Assembly (NCBI GenBank): GCA_963676915.2
Contig: CAXXVK010000010.1
Coordinates: 128,001-192,000, forward strand
DNA length: 64,000 nucleotides
Direction of reading: 5' to 3'
Source: Myxococcota bacterium
GTDB lineage: Bacteria; Myxococcota_A; SURF-8; G963663525
The translations under genes and the position numbers were made by a program. This document shows positions 41,474 through 50,810 of the stretch, piece after piece. Under the pieces are notes generated by a model, which made no database searches, was not told the DNA's origin, and saw only the letters and a program-made list of their open reading frames with translations. The first letter of the stretch is position 1. Every line of letters begins with the position of its first letter.

Positions 41474-42682
41474 ATGATGTTTTCAACGATGCACGCGGGC
41501 GCGGCTGTCGTGGAAATCACGCCTCCGAACCCCAGGGGGCACTATCTGTCGGGGTTTGGATTCAACCGGATCTCCGAATCCGTTCGCGATCCATTGTACG
41601 CTCGTGCCGTGGCGCTTCGGAATGGAGAAACCACCCTCGTGCTCGTAGCGCTCGACCTTACAGGACTGATGCGAGATGACGTGCTGCGCATCCGCGAAAA
41701 AGCCGGGATGGGAGAAGACGTAACGATACTCGTGGCCAGCACCCATAGCCATGCCGCACCGGATACCATGGGATACTGGGGACCGTCCATTGTCGGTCTG
41801 TTTCCTTACAAAACGGGAAAAGATCCGCACTATATGAACTTTCTGCACGAACAAGCCGCCGAGTCGGTTCGTCAAGCCGTGGAAAATCTGACACCGGCAA
41901 AGGGCAAATGGTTCACCTTGGAGATTCCTCCGGTGGGTTACCATGAAAACATCCATCCGGGGGCGGCGCTGGATTCGAAAATGCGGGTATTAGCGCTTCG
42001 AGATGAAGAAAACCGCCCACTGGCGACCGTCGCCGACTGGGCTTGTCACCCGGAGATGCTTTGGGAGCGAAACAAGCGGATCAGTTCCGATTTCGCGGGT
42101 CGATTTTGCACCGAACTGGAAACGCTCGTCGGTGGAACGGCGGTGTTTTTCAACGGTGCGCTGGGAGGAATGGTTTCGGGCGATCTGGCCATGGACCTTC
42201 CCGATGAGGAACGAGGGCCGTTTATCGACTGGTTGGGGCGCAGATTGGCCGAGAGAGTTTATGAAGCACTGCCGGAAGCAAGCACGTTCGAGTCGTACGA
42301 TGTGCGCCACGCAGAAACGACTTTCGAAATGACCGTAACCAATCGGCGCTTTTTGCTGGGACGCAAACTTGGGATTTTCAAACGGGAAAATTTCACAGAC
42401 AGCAGCCTCACCACCGAATGTCACCTCGTGCGTATCGGTCCAGGAGCCTTGTTGACGATCCCCGGCGAAGCCCTGCCGGAGTTGTCCGAGAAGCTACTTG
42501 GGGAAATCGATTCGGAAATTTCCGCCGTGGTTTCGCTAGGTTGCGACGAGTTGGGCTACCTGCTTCCGGAAGCGCTGTTTTCCACGAAAGAATATCGATA
42601 CGAAGCGTCGATGTCGCCAAGCGCAAAAGCCGAGGGCGAACTCGTCACGCAAGCCGGGAAACTTCAGGAAATGCTTCCCTGA
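41474..42682 (+). CDS. Neutral/alkaline ceramidase-like amidohydrolase
   Basis: DPLYARA, ASTHSHAAP, ACHP, SSDF, NGALG, IPGE. Confidence 0.78.
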   Translation: MMFSTMHAGAAVVEITPPNPRGHYLSGFGFNRISESVRDPLYARAVALRNGETTLVLVALDLTGLMRDDVLRIREKAGMGEDVTILVASTHSHAAPDTMGYWGPSIVGLFPYKTGKDPHYMNFLHEQAAESVRQAVENLTPAKGKWFTLEIPPVGYHENIHPGAALDSKMRVLALRDEENRPLATVADWACHPEMLWERNKRISSDFAGRFCTELETLVGGTAVFFNGALGGMVSGDLAMDLPDEERGPFIDWLGRRLAERVYEALPEASTFESYDVRHAETTFEMTVTNRRFLLGRKLGIFKRENFTDSSLTTECHLVRIGPGALLTIPGEALPELSEKLLGEIDSEISAVVSLGCDELGYLLPEALFSTKEYRYEASMSPSAKAEGELVTQAGKLQEMLP

Positions 42683-42770
42683 TTTTCTTTTCAGATGGTG
42701 ACGGCCGGTTGTCGTTTCGCGAGAAATATGCTAGGGATGGTGCCAAAAATCCCTGGGGAAGTGAGACGAA

Positions 42771-44636
42771 ATGACGCGACGACCGGAAGACATCAAGGTG
42801 ATTATCGCCACAGACTGCGGCAGCACCACCACCAAGGCCATATTGTTCGAAAAAGTCGGCGACGAATACCGCCAGACGTATCGCGGCGAGGCTCCCACGA
42901 CGGTGGAAGCTCCGTTCGAAGATGTTACGCGGGGAGTGCTTAACGCCATCCAGGAAGTCGAGGAACTTTCCGGACGGCCGATGCTCGACGAGGATGGAAA
43001 ATTCATCAAACCCGCCCGGATGGAAGACGGCAGGCCCGTAGGTGTGGATATCTACATTTCGACCTCTTCGGCAGGTGGCGGACTGCAAATGCTCGTCAGC
43101 GGCGTGGTGCGGAAAATGACGGCGGAAAGCGCCGAGCGTGCCTCGTTGTCGGCGGGAGCGATCGTGATGGACACGATCAGCGTCAACGACAAACGCATGC
43201 CCCACGAACAGATCGAGCGCATCCGCCAGCTTCGCCCCGACATGATTCTGCTGGCCGGTCTGACCGACGATTCCCAGCGCATCGACCACGTCGTGTCGCT
43301 GGCCGAACTGATTCGAGCCGCCAACCCTCGTCCCCGTCTCGGACAAAGTTACAATCTGCCGGTGATTTACTCCGGTACGCAAAACGCCCGTGAGGAAATT
43401 ACCGAAATCCTTGGGGAAAAGACCGATCTGACCATTACCGAAAATCTCCGGCCTTCGCTGGAACGCGAAAACCTCGACCCGGCTCGCGACGCCATCCACG
43501 ATCTGTTCATGGAACACGTCATGCAGCAGGCTCCGGGATACAAAAAACTGATGAGCTGGACCGATACGCCCATTGTTCCCACGCCCGGTGCGGTGGGGAC
43601 GATCATCGAGCGTATTTCGCAGATCGAGTCGGTTAACGTGGTGGGGGTGGACATCGGCGGGGCGACTACTGACGTGTTCAGCGTGTTCCCCATCGTCGAA
43701 AACGGCAAAAAACGGCCCAAATTCAACCGAACCGTATCGGCGAATCTCGGCATGAGCTACTCCATCGCCAACGTACTGGCCTCGGCGGGACTGGATAAAA
43801 TCATGCGCTGGGTACCGTTCGATACCGACGAACGAGCCTTGCGCAACGCCATTAAAAACAAGATGATCCGTCCGACGACGGTTCCTCAGACCTTGCAGGA
43901 TCTCGTCATCGAACAAGCCGTGGCCAAAGAAGCGTTACGGCTGGCGTTTCTCCAGCACAAAGAATTCGCGACCAGTCTCAAGGGCGTTCAGACAGCCCGG
44001 ACGATTTCCGACGCCTTCGATCAATCCGAAGGTGGGCTGACCATCGTCAATATGATGGCGCTGAATCTGCTGGTAGGGTCCGGCGGGGTGCTTTCTCACG
44101 CTCCACGGCGGGTACAGACCGCCATGATGCTGCTCGACGCCTTCCTACCCGAAGGGATCACCATGCTGGCGGTAGACTCGATTTTCATGATGCCTCATCT
44201 GGGGGTGTTGTCCGAGCTGCATCCGCAGGCGGCTGCCGAGATTTTCGAAAAAGACTGCATGATCCACCTGGGTGACAGCATCGCCCCGCGTGGTCGAGGA
44301 AAACCGGGCAAACCTGCCATGAAAATCACGCTGGATCTTCCCGACGGACAGATAAAGGAAACGTTGTCTTTCGGGGATTTGCGCTTGGTCCCGTTGGGGG
44401 ATGGCGAACAGGCCCGTCTTGTCGCGGAGCCGATTCGAGGTGTCGATGTCGGCGCGGGAGCCGGAAAACCACTCGAAACCACGGTTCACGGCGGGGTTGT
44501 CGGCTTGCTGTTCGACCTGAGAGGCCGCCCCTTGGAATTGCCGGAAAACGACGCCAAACGTCAATCGCTGTTGACAGGCTGGTTCTCGTCTCTCGAACTC
44601 TATCCCCCCGAATTCCTTGGCAAAGGAGGCGAATGA
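42771..44636 (+). CDS. GlmL-like (glutamate mutase accessory protein-like) ASKHA ATPase
   Basis: DCGSTTTKA, SSAGGGL, PTPGAV, VDIGGATTDVFS, RTVSANLGM, GSGGVLSHA. Confidence 0.85.
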   Translation: MTRRPEDIKVIIATDCGSTTTKAILFEKVGDEYRQTYRGEAPTTVEAPFEDVTRGVLNAIQEVEELSGRPMLDEDGKFIKPARMEDGRPVGVDIYISTSSAGGGLQMLVSGVVRKMTAESAERASLSAGAIVMDTISVNDKRMPHEQIERIRQLRPDMILLAGLTDDSQRIDHVVSLAELIRAANPRPRLGQSYNLPVIYSGTQNAREEITEILGEKTDLTITENLRPSLERENLDPARDAIHDLFMEHVMQQAPGYKKLMSWTDTPIVPTPGAVGTIIERISQIESVNVVGVDIGGATTDVFSVFPIVENGKKRPKFNRTVSANLGMSYSIANVLASAGLDKIMRWVPFDTDERALRNAIKNKMIRPTTVPQTLQDLVIEQAVAKEALRLAFLQHKEFATSLKGVQTARTISDAFDQSEGGLTIVNMMALNLLVGSGGVLSHAPRRVQTAMMLLDAFLPEGITMLAVDSIFMMPHLGVLSELHPQAAAEIFEKDCMIHLGDSIAPRGRGKPGKPAMKITLDLPDGQIKETLSFGDLRLVPLGDGEQARLVAEPIRGVDVGAGAGKPLETTVHGGVVGLLFDLRGRPLELPENDAKRQSLLTGWFSSLELYPPEFLGKGGE

Positions 44637-45757
44637 TGGGCCACGCCTATACACCGGGATTGAAAGTCACCGAACGCACCACCATTCGCAAACGACGCCG
44701 GTTGCCCATCCGGGGCGAGGTCGTCGTGAAACAAGGGGCGATGGTTCAGCCGGGTGACGTAGTAGCCCGTACGGAATTGCCGGGCGACGTGTTTCCGGTC
44801 AACGTAGCCAACCAACTCGGATTGGAACCACGCGAGATCGGCATGGCGATGCTCAAGGAAAAGGGCGATGTCATTGCCGCAGGAGAGAAAATCGCCGAAT
44901 CCAAAAGTTTTTTCGGCCTGTTTCGTTCGGAAGTAACCGCTCCCATCGAAGGAACGGTGGAAAACGTCTCGAACGTTACCGGTCAAGTCATTCTGCGCGG
45001 TCGTCCGCTGCCGGTAGAGGTCAACGCCTACATTCCGGGGCAGATTGTCGAAGTGGAGGAAGGCGAAGGCGTAACCGTCGAAGCTTCCGTGGGGTTTATT
45101 CAGGGGATTTTCGGCGTTGGTGGTGAAACCGACGGTGAACTGGCATTGGCGGTCAAAGGTCCGAACGACGTGCTCGACGAAGCGGGCATTGTCGAGGAAT
45201 TTCGGGGAAAAGTGATCGTTGCCGGACGGATGACTACCGCTGGAGCCGTGCGTCGTGCCGTGGAACTCGGGGTGGCGGGGATCGTCACCGGTGGCCTGGA
45301 TGATCGCGACCTGCGCGATTTCCTGGGCTACGATCTCGGGGTAGCCATCACCGGACAGGAAAACCTCGGCATCACATTGCTGGTAACGGAGGGTTTTGGG
45401 GATATCGCCATGGCGATGGCTACCTGGAACCTGCTTAGCAAACATCAAGGACGCTCCGTGTCGATCAACGGAGCCACGCAGATTCGCGCCGGGGTGATCC
45501 GTCCCGAGGTGATCATCCCGCTGGATGTGGAAGAGCGCGAGGAACACCGCAAAGACGAGGGCGCGATTCTGGAAATCGGAATGCCGGTTCGCTGCATCCG
45601 CACGCCCTATTTCGGGCGCATCGGGAACGTCCGCGCCCTTCCTGCCGATCTGGCCACTCTGGAAAGCGAAACCAAGGTTCGTGTGCTGGAAGTGGCGTTC
45701 GATAATGGTGAAAACGCCATTGTCCCCCGAGCCAACGTGGAAGTTATCGAAGGGTGA
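44633..45757 (+). CDS. Uncharacterised protein coupled to the GlmL-like gene
   Basis: 4-bp overlap; two VxxGDVVA/GEKIA barrel-sandwich-like motifs; C-terminal KOW/SH3-like segment. Confidence 0.8.
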   Translation: MMGHAYTPGLKVTERTTIRKRRRLPIRGEVVVKQGAMVQPGDVVARTELPGDVFPVNVANQLGLEPREIGMAMLKEKGDVIAAGEKIAESKSFFGLFRSEVTAPIEGTVENVSNVTGQVILRGRPLPVEVNAYIPGQIVEVEEGEGVTVEASVGFIQGIFGVGGETDGELALAVKGPNDVLDEAGIVEEFRGKVIVAGRMTTAGAVRRAVELGVAGIVTGGLDDRDLRDFLGYDLGVAITGQENLGITLLVTEGFGDIAMAMATWNLLSKHQGRSVSINGATQIRAGVIRPEVIIPLDVEEREEHRKDEGAILEIGMPVRCIRTPYFGRIGNVRALPADLATLESETKVRVLEVAFDNGENAIVPRANVEVIEG

Positions 45758-45827
45758 TAGGAGAACTAACGAAATTTCCTGTCCCTTTCCGTCAGGAATT
45801 TTATAGTTGTAGAAGAAATCAAGACAG

Positions 45828-46484
45828 ATGACCTATAGAAAAGAACTAAAAAATTTGCTTTCCACTGAAGCTTTAGGGCCTCCGTGCTTTAATGGCGAAA
45901 GAAAATATCTCGAAAGAATTAGCCAATATCTCTGTGAACAATTATTTCTTGGATACAACCAACGCAGGCTACATTTACACAGAGTAATTTGTGAACTTGA
46001 TTACTTAGAAGGATTGATTTTACGAACATCAACGGTTAAACCCAAGATGTTCAAAAACCCGAGCAGTCCATTGTTAGGCTTTTGGAAGAAGCATTTTTTT
46101 CAACCTGAGAATATCTTAGGCAACATGAGTGCTCATTGGGGATTAGATTATTATAAGGGAGACCATTGTAAAGAAAATCGAAAGCTTAATGATTTGGTCG
46201 AAAGAGAACTTGAATCAAGTTATGGAGAAGATTTAAGTCAAGAAAAGATAGGAAAGTTGGCTTACAAAATGGTCTTGGGTGGCTTTAACTCAAGACAAGA
46301 AAAGAAGAAACTTACTGGAGATTGGATTGTATATAAGCCAGACAATGGAATGAATTACTATCTCGGTCTTTTTCCCCACAAAAAGCAAGATGAAAATCAC
46401 TACGATCAGCAAGTGTATGAATTTGTTGAGAAAATTTGCAAAAATGAATATCCTTTTTTATTTTCAGGTCGTCACCCATCCTAA
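45828..46484 (+). CDS. AT-rich hypothetical protein, possible RelE/YafQ-like nuclease fold
   Basis: 218-aa ORF, AT-rich; LLGFWKKH and LTGDWIVY...YYLGLFPH. Confidence 0.65.
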   Translation: MTYRKELKNLLSTEALGPPCFNGERKYLERISQYLCEQLFLGYNQRRLHLHRVICELDYLEGLILRTSTVKPKMFKNPSSPLLGFWKKHFFQPENILGNMSAHWGLDYYKGDHCKENRKLNDLVERELESSYGEDLSQEKIGKLAYKMVLGGFNSRQEKKKLTGDWIVYKPDNGMNYYLGLFPHKKQDENHYDQQVYEFVEKICKNEYPFLFSGRHPS

Positions 46485-46564
46485 AAGGTTTCATGTACAG
46501 CGACTAGCAAACTCCGGCACTTTGATTAGTAATCTCCGCACGTTTTGCTCTAAGAAAAACATGT

Positions 46565-46667
46565 GGACGGGGATACAATCCCCATCCATCGATAAGTCTT
46601 TTTGCTTGCGACAAATAGTTTTCGAAAACACCTTGGCAATGTCGGGCAAAAAATTTGCCCGACCTAC
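46565..46667. repeat. Two REP-like palindromes
   Basis: 46565-46589 ggacggggatacaatcccatccatc; 46641-46667 gtcgggcaaaaaatttgcccgacctac (GTAG-type on minus strand). Confidence 0.72.
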
Positions 46668-46674
46668 TGAAATT

Positions 46675-49600
46675 TTACTTTTTCCAGGCGTAGGGACCGT
46701 CGGGTAGGGGATTGGTCTTTATCGAGGGTTTCTGGATGTCGTGCCTTGCGGAGCGGTCGTAGATCTGGCTTATGATATCTTCGCCGGTTTTTTCCTGCCA
46801 GAGCAGGGTCTGACCGTAGGTCTGTTCGAAAATCAGGCTTTTGGGATTCTCGGGCTGCCCGGTTTTGGAAAACACCGCCAGCACCCAGTCTCCATCTCCG
46901 AACGTTGCCGGTTGGAGATCGTTACGAAGCTTGCCCGACCATTGCAACAAACGAAAAACCTGGCTCAGACGGTTGGCGTCGGGTGTGAGCTCGATGCGGA
47001 TCTTGTCCGGTGCGTTCCGATTGAGCCAATCCACGGTTCCCAGTGGGATCGTGCACTCGACCCCAAGCGGCCAGTTTTTCCCTCCCGCTCCGAGAATCAG
47101 TGAATGCACGGAGTGGGTCGAGGAAAGATGAGGATAGGCGGACGACAAAAAGGCGATCTGTAACAGCACCACGAGCGCTCCGATACCCGGAGCCACCGCC
47201 TTGGCGAGTTTGCCGCTATCCGCTGGTAGCAGGTTTGGAATGATGGTTTCCAAGGCTGCGTATCCGTAAGCCGCCAAAACGACGACGAAAGGCAGAGGCA
47301 GGAAAAACAAGCCTTCGTTCCCCGGACCGTCGAAAGCCAGACCGAGCAGAATCAGGCCGATGACAAGCACTCCGGCGTGAATGAAATCGGCCTGGTGAGG
47401 TCGGGTGTCGAGTTTGTATCCGGCTGCCGCATCGGACCACAGGAAATGGAGCAACGCTACAATACCTGTTACAGCCAGCAAGAGCATCAGGCCGGTTATC
47501 GACGCAAAAGCCATGGCAAAGCGTGTCGAAGCCGGAAGCAGCAGACCCGAAGCCATCGAAGCGACCGAATTCTGGTACACGTTCATGCTTGGTCCACGGG
47601 AGAGATACAGCCGAATCTGCTCGAAATCCGCCAGCCAGAAGCTTGGCCAGCAAAGCATTAGAATTACAGGAGAAAGCAGCAGCACTAACAGAGTCAACCA
47701 TGCAGCACGGCGGCCTGTATCCATATCGAGATCGGGGTAAGCGTCGTCGTTGCCCAGGTGTGCCAGATGTTTGATCGGTGTCCAGGCGAACAGTGGTGCC
47801 GTAAGCAGAAGGGGAGGCCACATTCCCGTTGCCAGACCGAAAGACAGCCCGAAAAGCGGAATATACAGGAGGTTGTGTTCGGATTGTTTTGAAAAATAAT
47901 ACGCTGTAAACAGCGCCGAGGTGATCGCGACAACAGGAAGTGCACGGTGAGAAAACTCGAAGAAAAACGGGGAGGTAGCCAATATCATCGGGGCGAGGAT
48001 ACCCGCAGCCAGCCCCAGACGGTCATTGGTAAAACGAAACACCATGAACAACAGCCAGGCGGCGAGTAGTGCGAAGGAGAAGCGACCGGCGTCCAGTTCT
48101 CCCATGGTTTTTGTAAGATAACTCAGTCCTAACGTGCCCAGCGAGGTTACGATGGCGCTTCCATCCGGACCCTTGGCGATGTGGTCCGCTTTCGTTTCCG
48201 TGGCGTCGTAAAATGCCCCGATGGCTTTGTCCGCTGTTTCGATTCCCAACCCGTTGGCGAGTTTGTAGGCGAACGAGGAGGAATGCAGCACGGTTTCCAC
48301 TTCCCGATAACTAAGCCCCGAATGGTCGATCGTCCCCCACATCACGTAAGCGAAGACCACCGCCAGCAATACTCCTACGATTCGTCGTTTCTTGGAGAAC
48401 AGGGTTTCGGAAAACGTGTCTTCCTTGAGTTCCGAAATGGAGGAAATCGTTGCCGTGGCCGTTCGTCGAAGTTCATCCTCCGAGGACGCCTCTTCCCTGG
48501 TACGGATCGGCAGGGTATCCTCCGATTCGCTGGAACGAGGGCGTTGGGTTGTCGAACGTCGAACCGGCACTTCTCGAACGGCTTCCGTTTCGTGGGTGAT
48601 GCGGGAGTGTCCGTTGCTTGTTTCGACCCGGTATGGATCACTCACCTCCCGGCGGGTAGCCGGTTTTTCGGGGAGAGGTCGCGCATCGACGACGGTAGAA
48701 ACCTCCGATGGCGGCGTCATCTCCAATTCGACCGATTCTCTAGCCATTTCAACATCATAGACCGGTTGCAAGCTGTCCATGGTTGCGGCTAGCGGCTCGA
48801 GTTCGATTGTGGTATCGGGTGTCGTTTTCGTTGTAGTAGGTTGTTCCTTGAGGGGTTTCGTCGGAACATGCAGCGGTTCGGCATCAAGGGGTTCGAGTTC
48901 GGGGATCGCATTTTCCGAACTGGGTGTTACGGTGGTTTCTTCCAGTATCCAAGCCGATTCTGTGGCACCGGTTTTTTCGTGATCTTCCGGGATGTCCATC
49001 GGAAGTTCCGACAAGTCCCCGGAATCGATGGCGGTTCGTCGCACGGAACGTCCGGGATCTTTCGAAAGGCCGTTTTCTCCGGTATCCCAATGGGGCAATG
49101 GGGCAAATGGCAAAGTTTCGGATAGGGCTTCGAGGGCGTCGGCGAATTCGTGGGCCGACTGGTATCGTTCGTCCGGTTCGCGACAGACGGCGCGGGCGAT
49201 GACTCGTTCCAGATCCTTCGGCACCATCCTGTATTGACGGATGGAAGGAAGAGATTCCTTGTGGGCGCGCATCAACGCTTGAATCTGCTCGACCAGTTCC
49301 GCTTTTTGCGGAACATCGAAGGGCAATTCTCCCGAGAGGGAAACGAAAAGCACCAACCCAAGCGCGTAAATATCGCGCAAACGAGACATTTTCAGCCAAG
49401 TGTCTTCATCGACATCCTTCGCACCTTGTCCCGTCTTGCTGTAAAACGTCTCTGGAGGTAGATATTCCAGCGTTCCTACGTGCAGGCCGGAACTGGTTAC
49501 TCCGGCATCCGCAAAACGGCGCGCCAGACCGAAATCCAGCAGTTTGACAGTACCGTCCTCTTCGATAAACAAGTTGCTGGGTTTGATATCCCGATGGCTG

Positions 49601-50004
49601 ATGCCGTGATCGTGGGTATGAGCCAGTGCTCGAGCCGCTTGTAACGCAAACGATACGGCCTGACCGGGAGTCAACATGTCCAATCGCCGAATCCACGTCG
49701 CCAAAGACGACCCTCTGAGCAGTTCCATCACGACGAAAAGCTGTCCATCGCACTCGAATGGGGGTTCTGCACTTGGAAGATTGGGGTGTTTTAACGACAA
49801 CATCAACGCGGATTCGCGCAAGAAGCGGGTGACGTTCTTTTCTTCAGACATCAGGCGGGAGTGAATGATCTTGATCGCACGATATTGGTCCGGGACCAAG
49901 GCATGTTTCGCTTTATAGACGACCCCCATGCCTCCGCGACCGATTTCATCGAGGAAAATCCACTCGCGAATGTGCTTACCGATCATCGATTCCTCGGCCA
50001 CCAA
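46675..50004 (-). CDS. Hanks-type Ser/Thr kinase fused through a disordered linker to a GT-C-like polytopic membrane domain
   Basis: GRGGMG, AIK, HRDIKPSN, DFG, GTLEYLPPE; C-terminal ~560 aa align by eye with the 17116-19107 protein; alternative start ATG 49986. Confidence 0.88.
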   Translation of the reverse strand: MVAEESMIGKHIREWIFLDEIGRGGMGVVYKAKHALVPDQYRAIKIIHSRLMSEEKNVTRFLRESALMLSLKHPNLPSAEPPFECDGQLFVVMELLRGSSLATWIRRLDMLTPGQAVSFALQAARALAHTHDHGISHRDIKPSNLFIEEDGTVKLLDFGLARRFADAGVTSSGLHVGTLEYLPPETFYSKTGQGAKDVDEDTWLKMSRLRDIYALGLVLFVSLSGELPFDVPQKAELVEQIQALMRAHKESLPSIRQYRMVPKDLERVIARAVCREPDERYQSAHEFADALEALSETLPFAPLPHWDTGENGLSKDPGRSVRRTAIDSGDLSELPMDIPEDHEKTGATESAWILEETTVTPSSENAIPELEPLDAEPLHVPTKPLKEQPTTTKTTPDTTIELEPLAATMDSLQPVYDVEMARESVELEMTPPSEVSTVVDARPLPEKPATRREVSDPYRVETSNGHSRITHETEAVREVPVRRSTTQRPRSSESEDTLPIRTREEASSEDELRRTATATISSISELKEDTFSETLFSKKRRIVGVLLAVVFAYVMWGTIDHSGLSYREVETVLHSSSFAYKLANGLGIETADKAIGAFYDATETKADHIAKGPDGSAIVTSLGTLGLSYLTKTMGELDAGRFSFALLAAWLLFMVFRFTNDRLGLAAGILAPMILATSPFFFEFSHRALPVVAITSALFTAYYFSKQSEHNLLYIPLFGLSFGLATGMWPPLLLTAPLFAWTPIKHLAHLGNDDAYPDLDMDTGRRAAWLTLLVLLLSPVILMLCWPSFWLADFEQIRLYLSRGPSMNVYQNSVASMASGLLLPASTRFAMAFASITGLMLLLAVTGIVALLHFLWSDAAAGYKLDTRPHQADFIHAGVLVIGLILLGLAFDGPGNEGLFFLPLPFVVVLAAYGYAALETIIPNLLPADSGKLAKAVAPGIGALVVLLQIAFLSSAYPHLSSTHSVHSLILGAGGKNWPLGVECTIPLGTVDWLNRNAPDKIRIELTPDANRLSQVFRLLQWSGKLRNDLQPATFGDGDWVLAVFSKTGQPENPKSLIFEQTYGQTLLWQEKTGEDIISQIYDRSARHDIQKPSIKTNPLPDGPYAWKK

Positions 50005-50273
50005 AAAATATATTCAAAATCGTGCGAAAAAATTATGTAACACACCGCCTGTTTAACTCCAAACAGTTTACACTAAACCGTGACCAATTTATTAACAAAT
50101 TTCTGTGTTTTTTCAGGATTTTAGGCAAAAGGATGCGTTTTTCGACACTATCTGTCGAAAAAACACAGGATTAAAAACGATACTGAAAAGAAAACGGGTG
50201 TGAGGACAAACCTAGTCGAACCACGACCGTAACGAGTCGGAACCGGAAAAAACGGGTATTGTCGAGGGGTTGA

Positions 50274-50486
50274 TCAATCCTCGGCGTTGATTTTCAGCGG
50301 AGCTTTGGTGACTTTGCCGGAACGGATGCAGCTCGTACACACGGTTTTGCGCGTGACGGTTCCGTCTTCGAACACCCGAATCTTCTGCACGTTGGGGCGG
50401 AAGACACGGCGGGAGGAATTGTTCGCGTGGCTGCGATTGTTACCGGTCATCGGACCTTTGCCGCAAATTTCGCATTTCCTGGACAT
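50274..50486 (-). CDS. rpmB: 50S ribosomal protein L28
   Basis: [10 protein letters not shown]...GNNRSHANN...F.PNVQ...VCTSCIR. Confidence 0.96.
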   Translation of the reverse strand: MSRKCEICGKGPMTGNNRSHANNSSRRVFRPNVQKIRVFEDGTVTRKTVCTSCIRSGKVTKAPLKINAED

Positions 50487-50707
50487 CGTGGTTCTCCTTC
50501 TAGCAGGGTCCGTTCATGAACCTCTTGAGGCGTGAATCCTTATCTCAACCGAGCGAAAAAGGCAAGAATATTTCCGTTTTTCGGAAATTGAGTGTCGTAA
50601 TTGTCTCCAAACCGAGGGTGGTTTTGCATCAAAAAGTCCAATCCCAGAGCAGAGAATCGAATTGTTCATGGAAAACATAACAATTGCTGCGTAAAAAGCC
50701 CATTTTA

Positions 50708-50737
50708 TTGACAATTTGTTCTTGGATAGGATAGCAT
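50708..50737 (+). promoter_or_regulatory. Possible sigma70 promoter
   Basis: TTGACA-18 nt-TAGCAT upstream of ATG 50811. Confidence 0.45.
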
Positions 50738-50810
50738 ACGACCATCGAAAATCAGCATTTTTATAGCTTGATATTTGGAATATTTAGTGTATCCAAAGGA
50801 ATGCGTCGCC

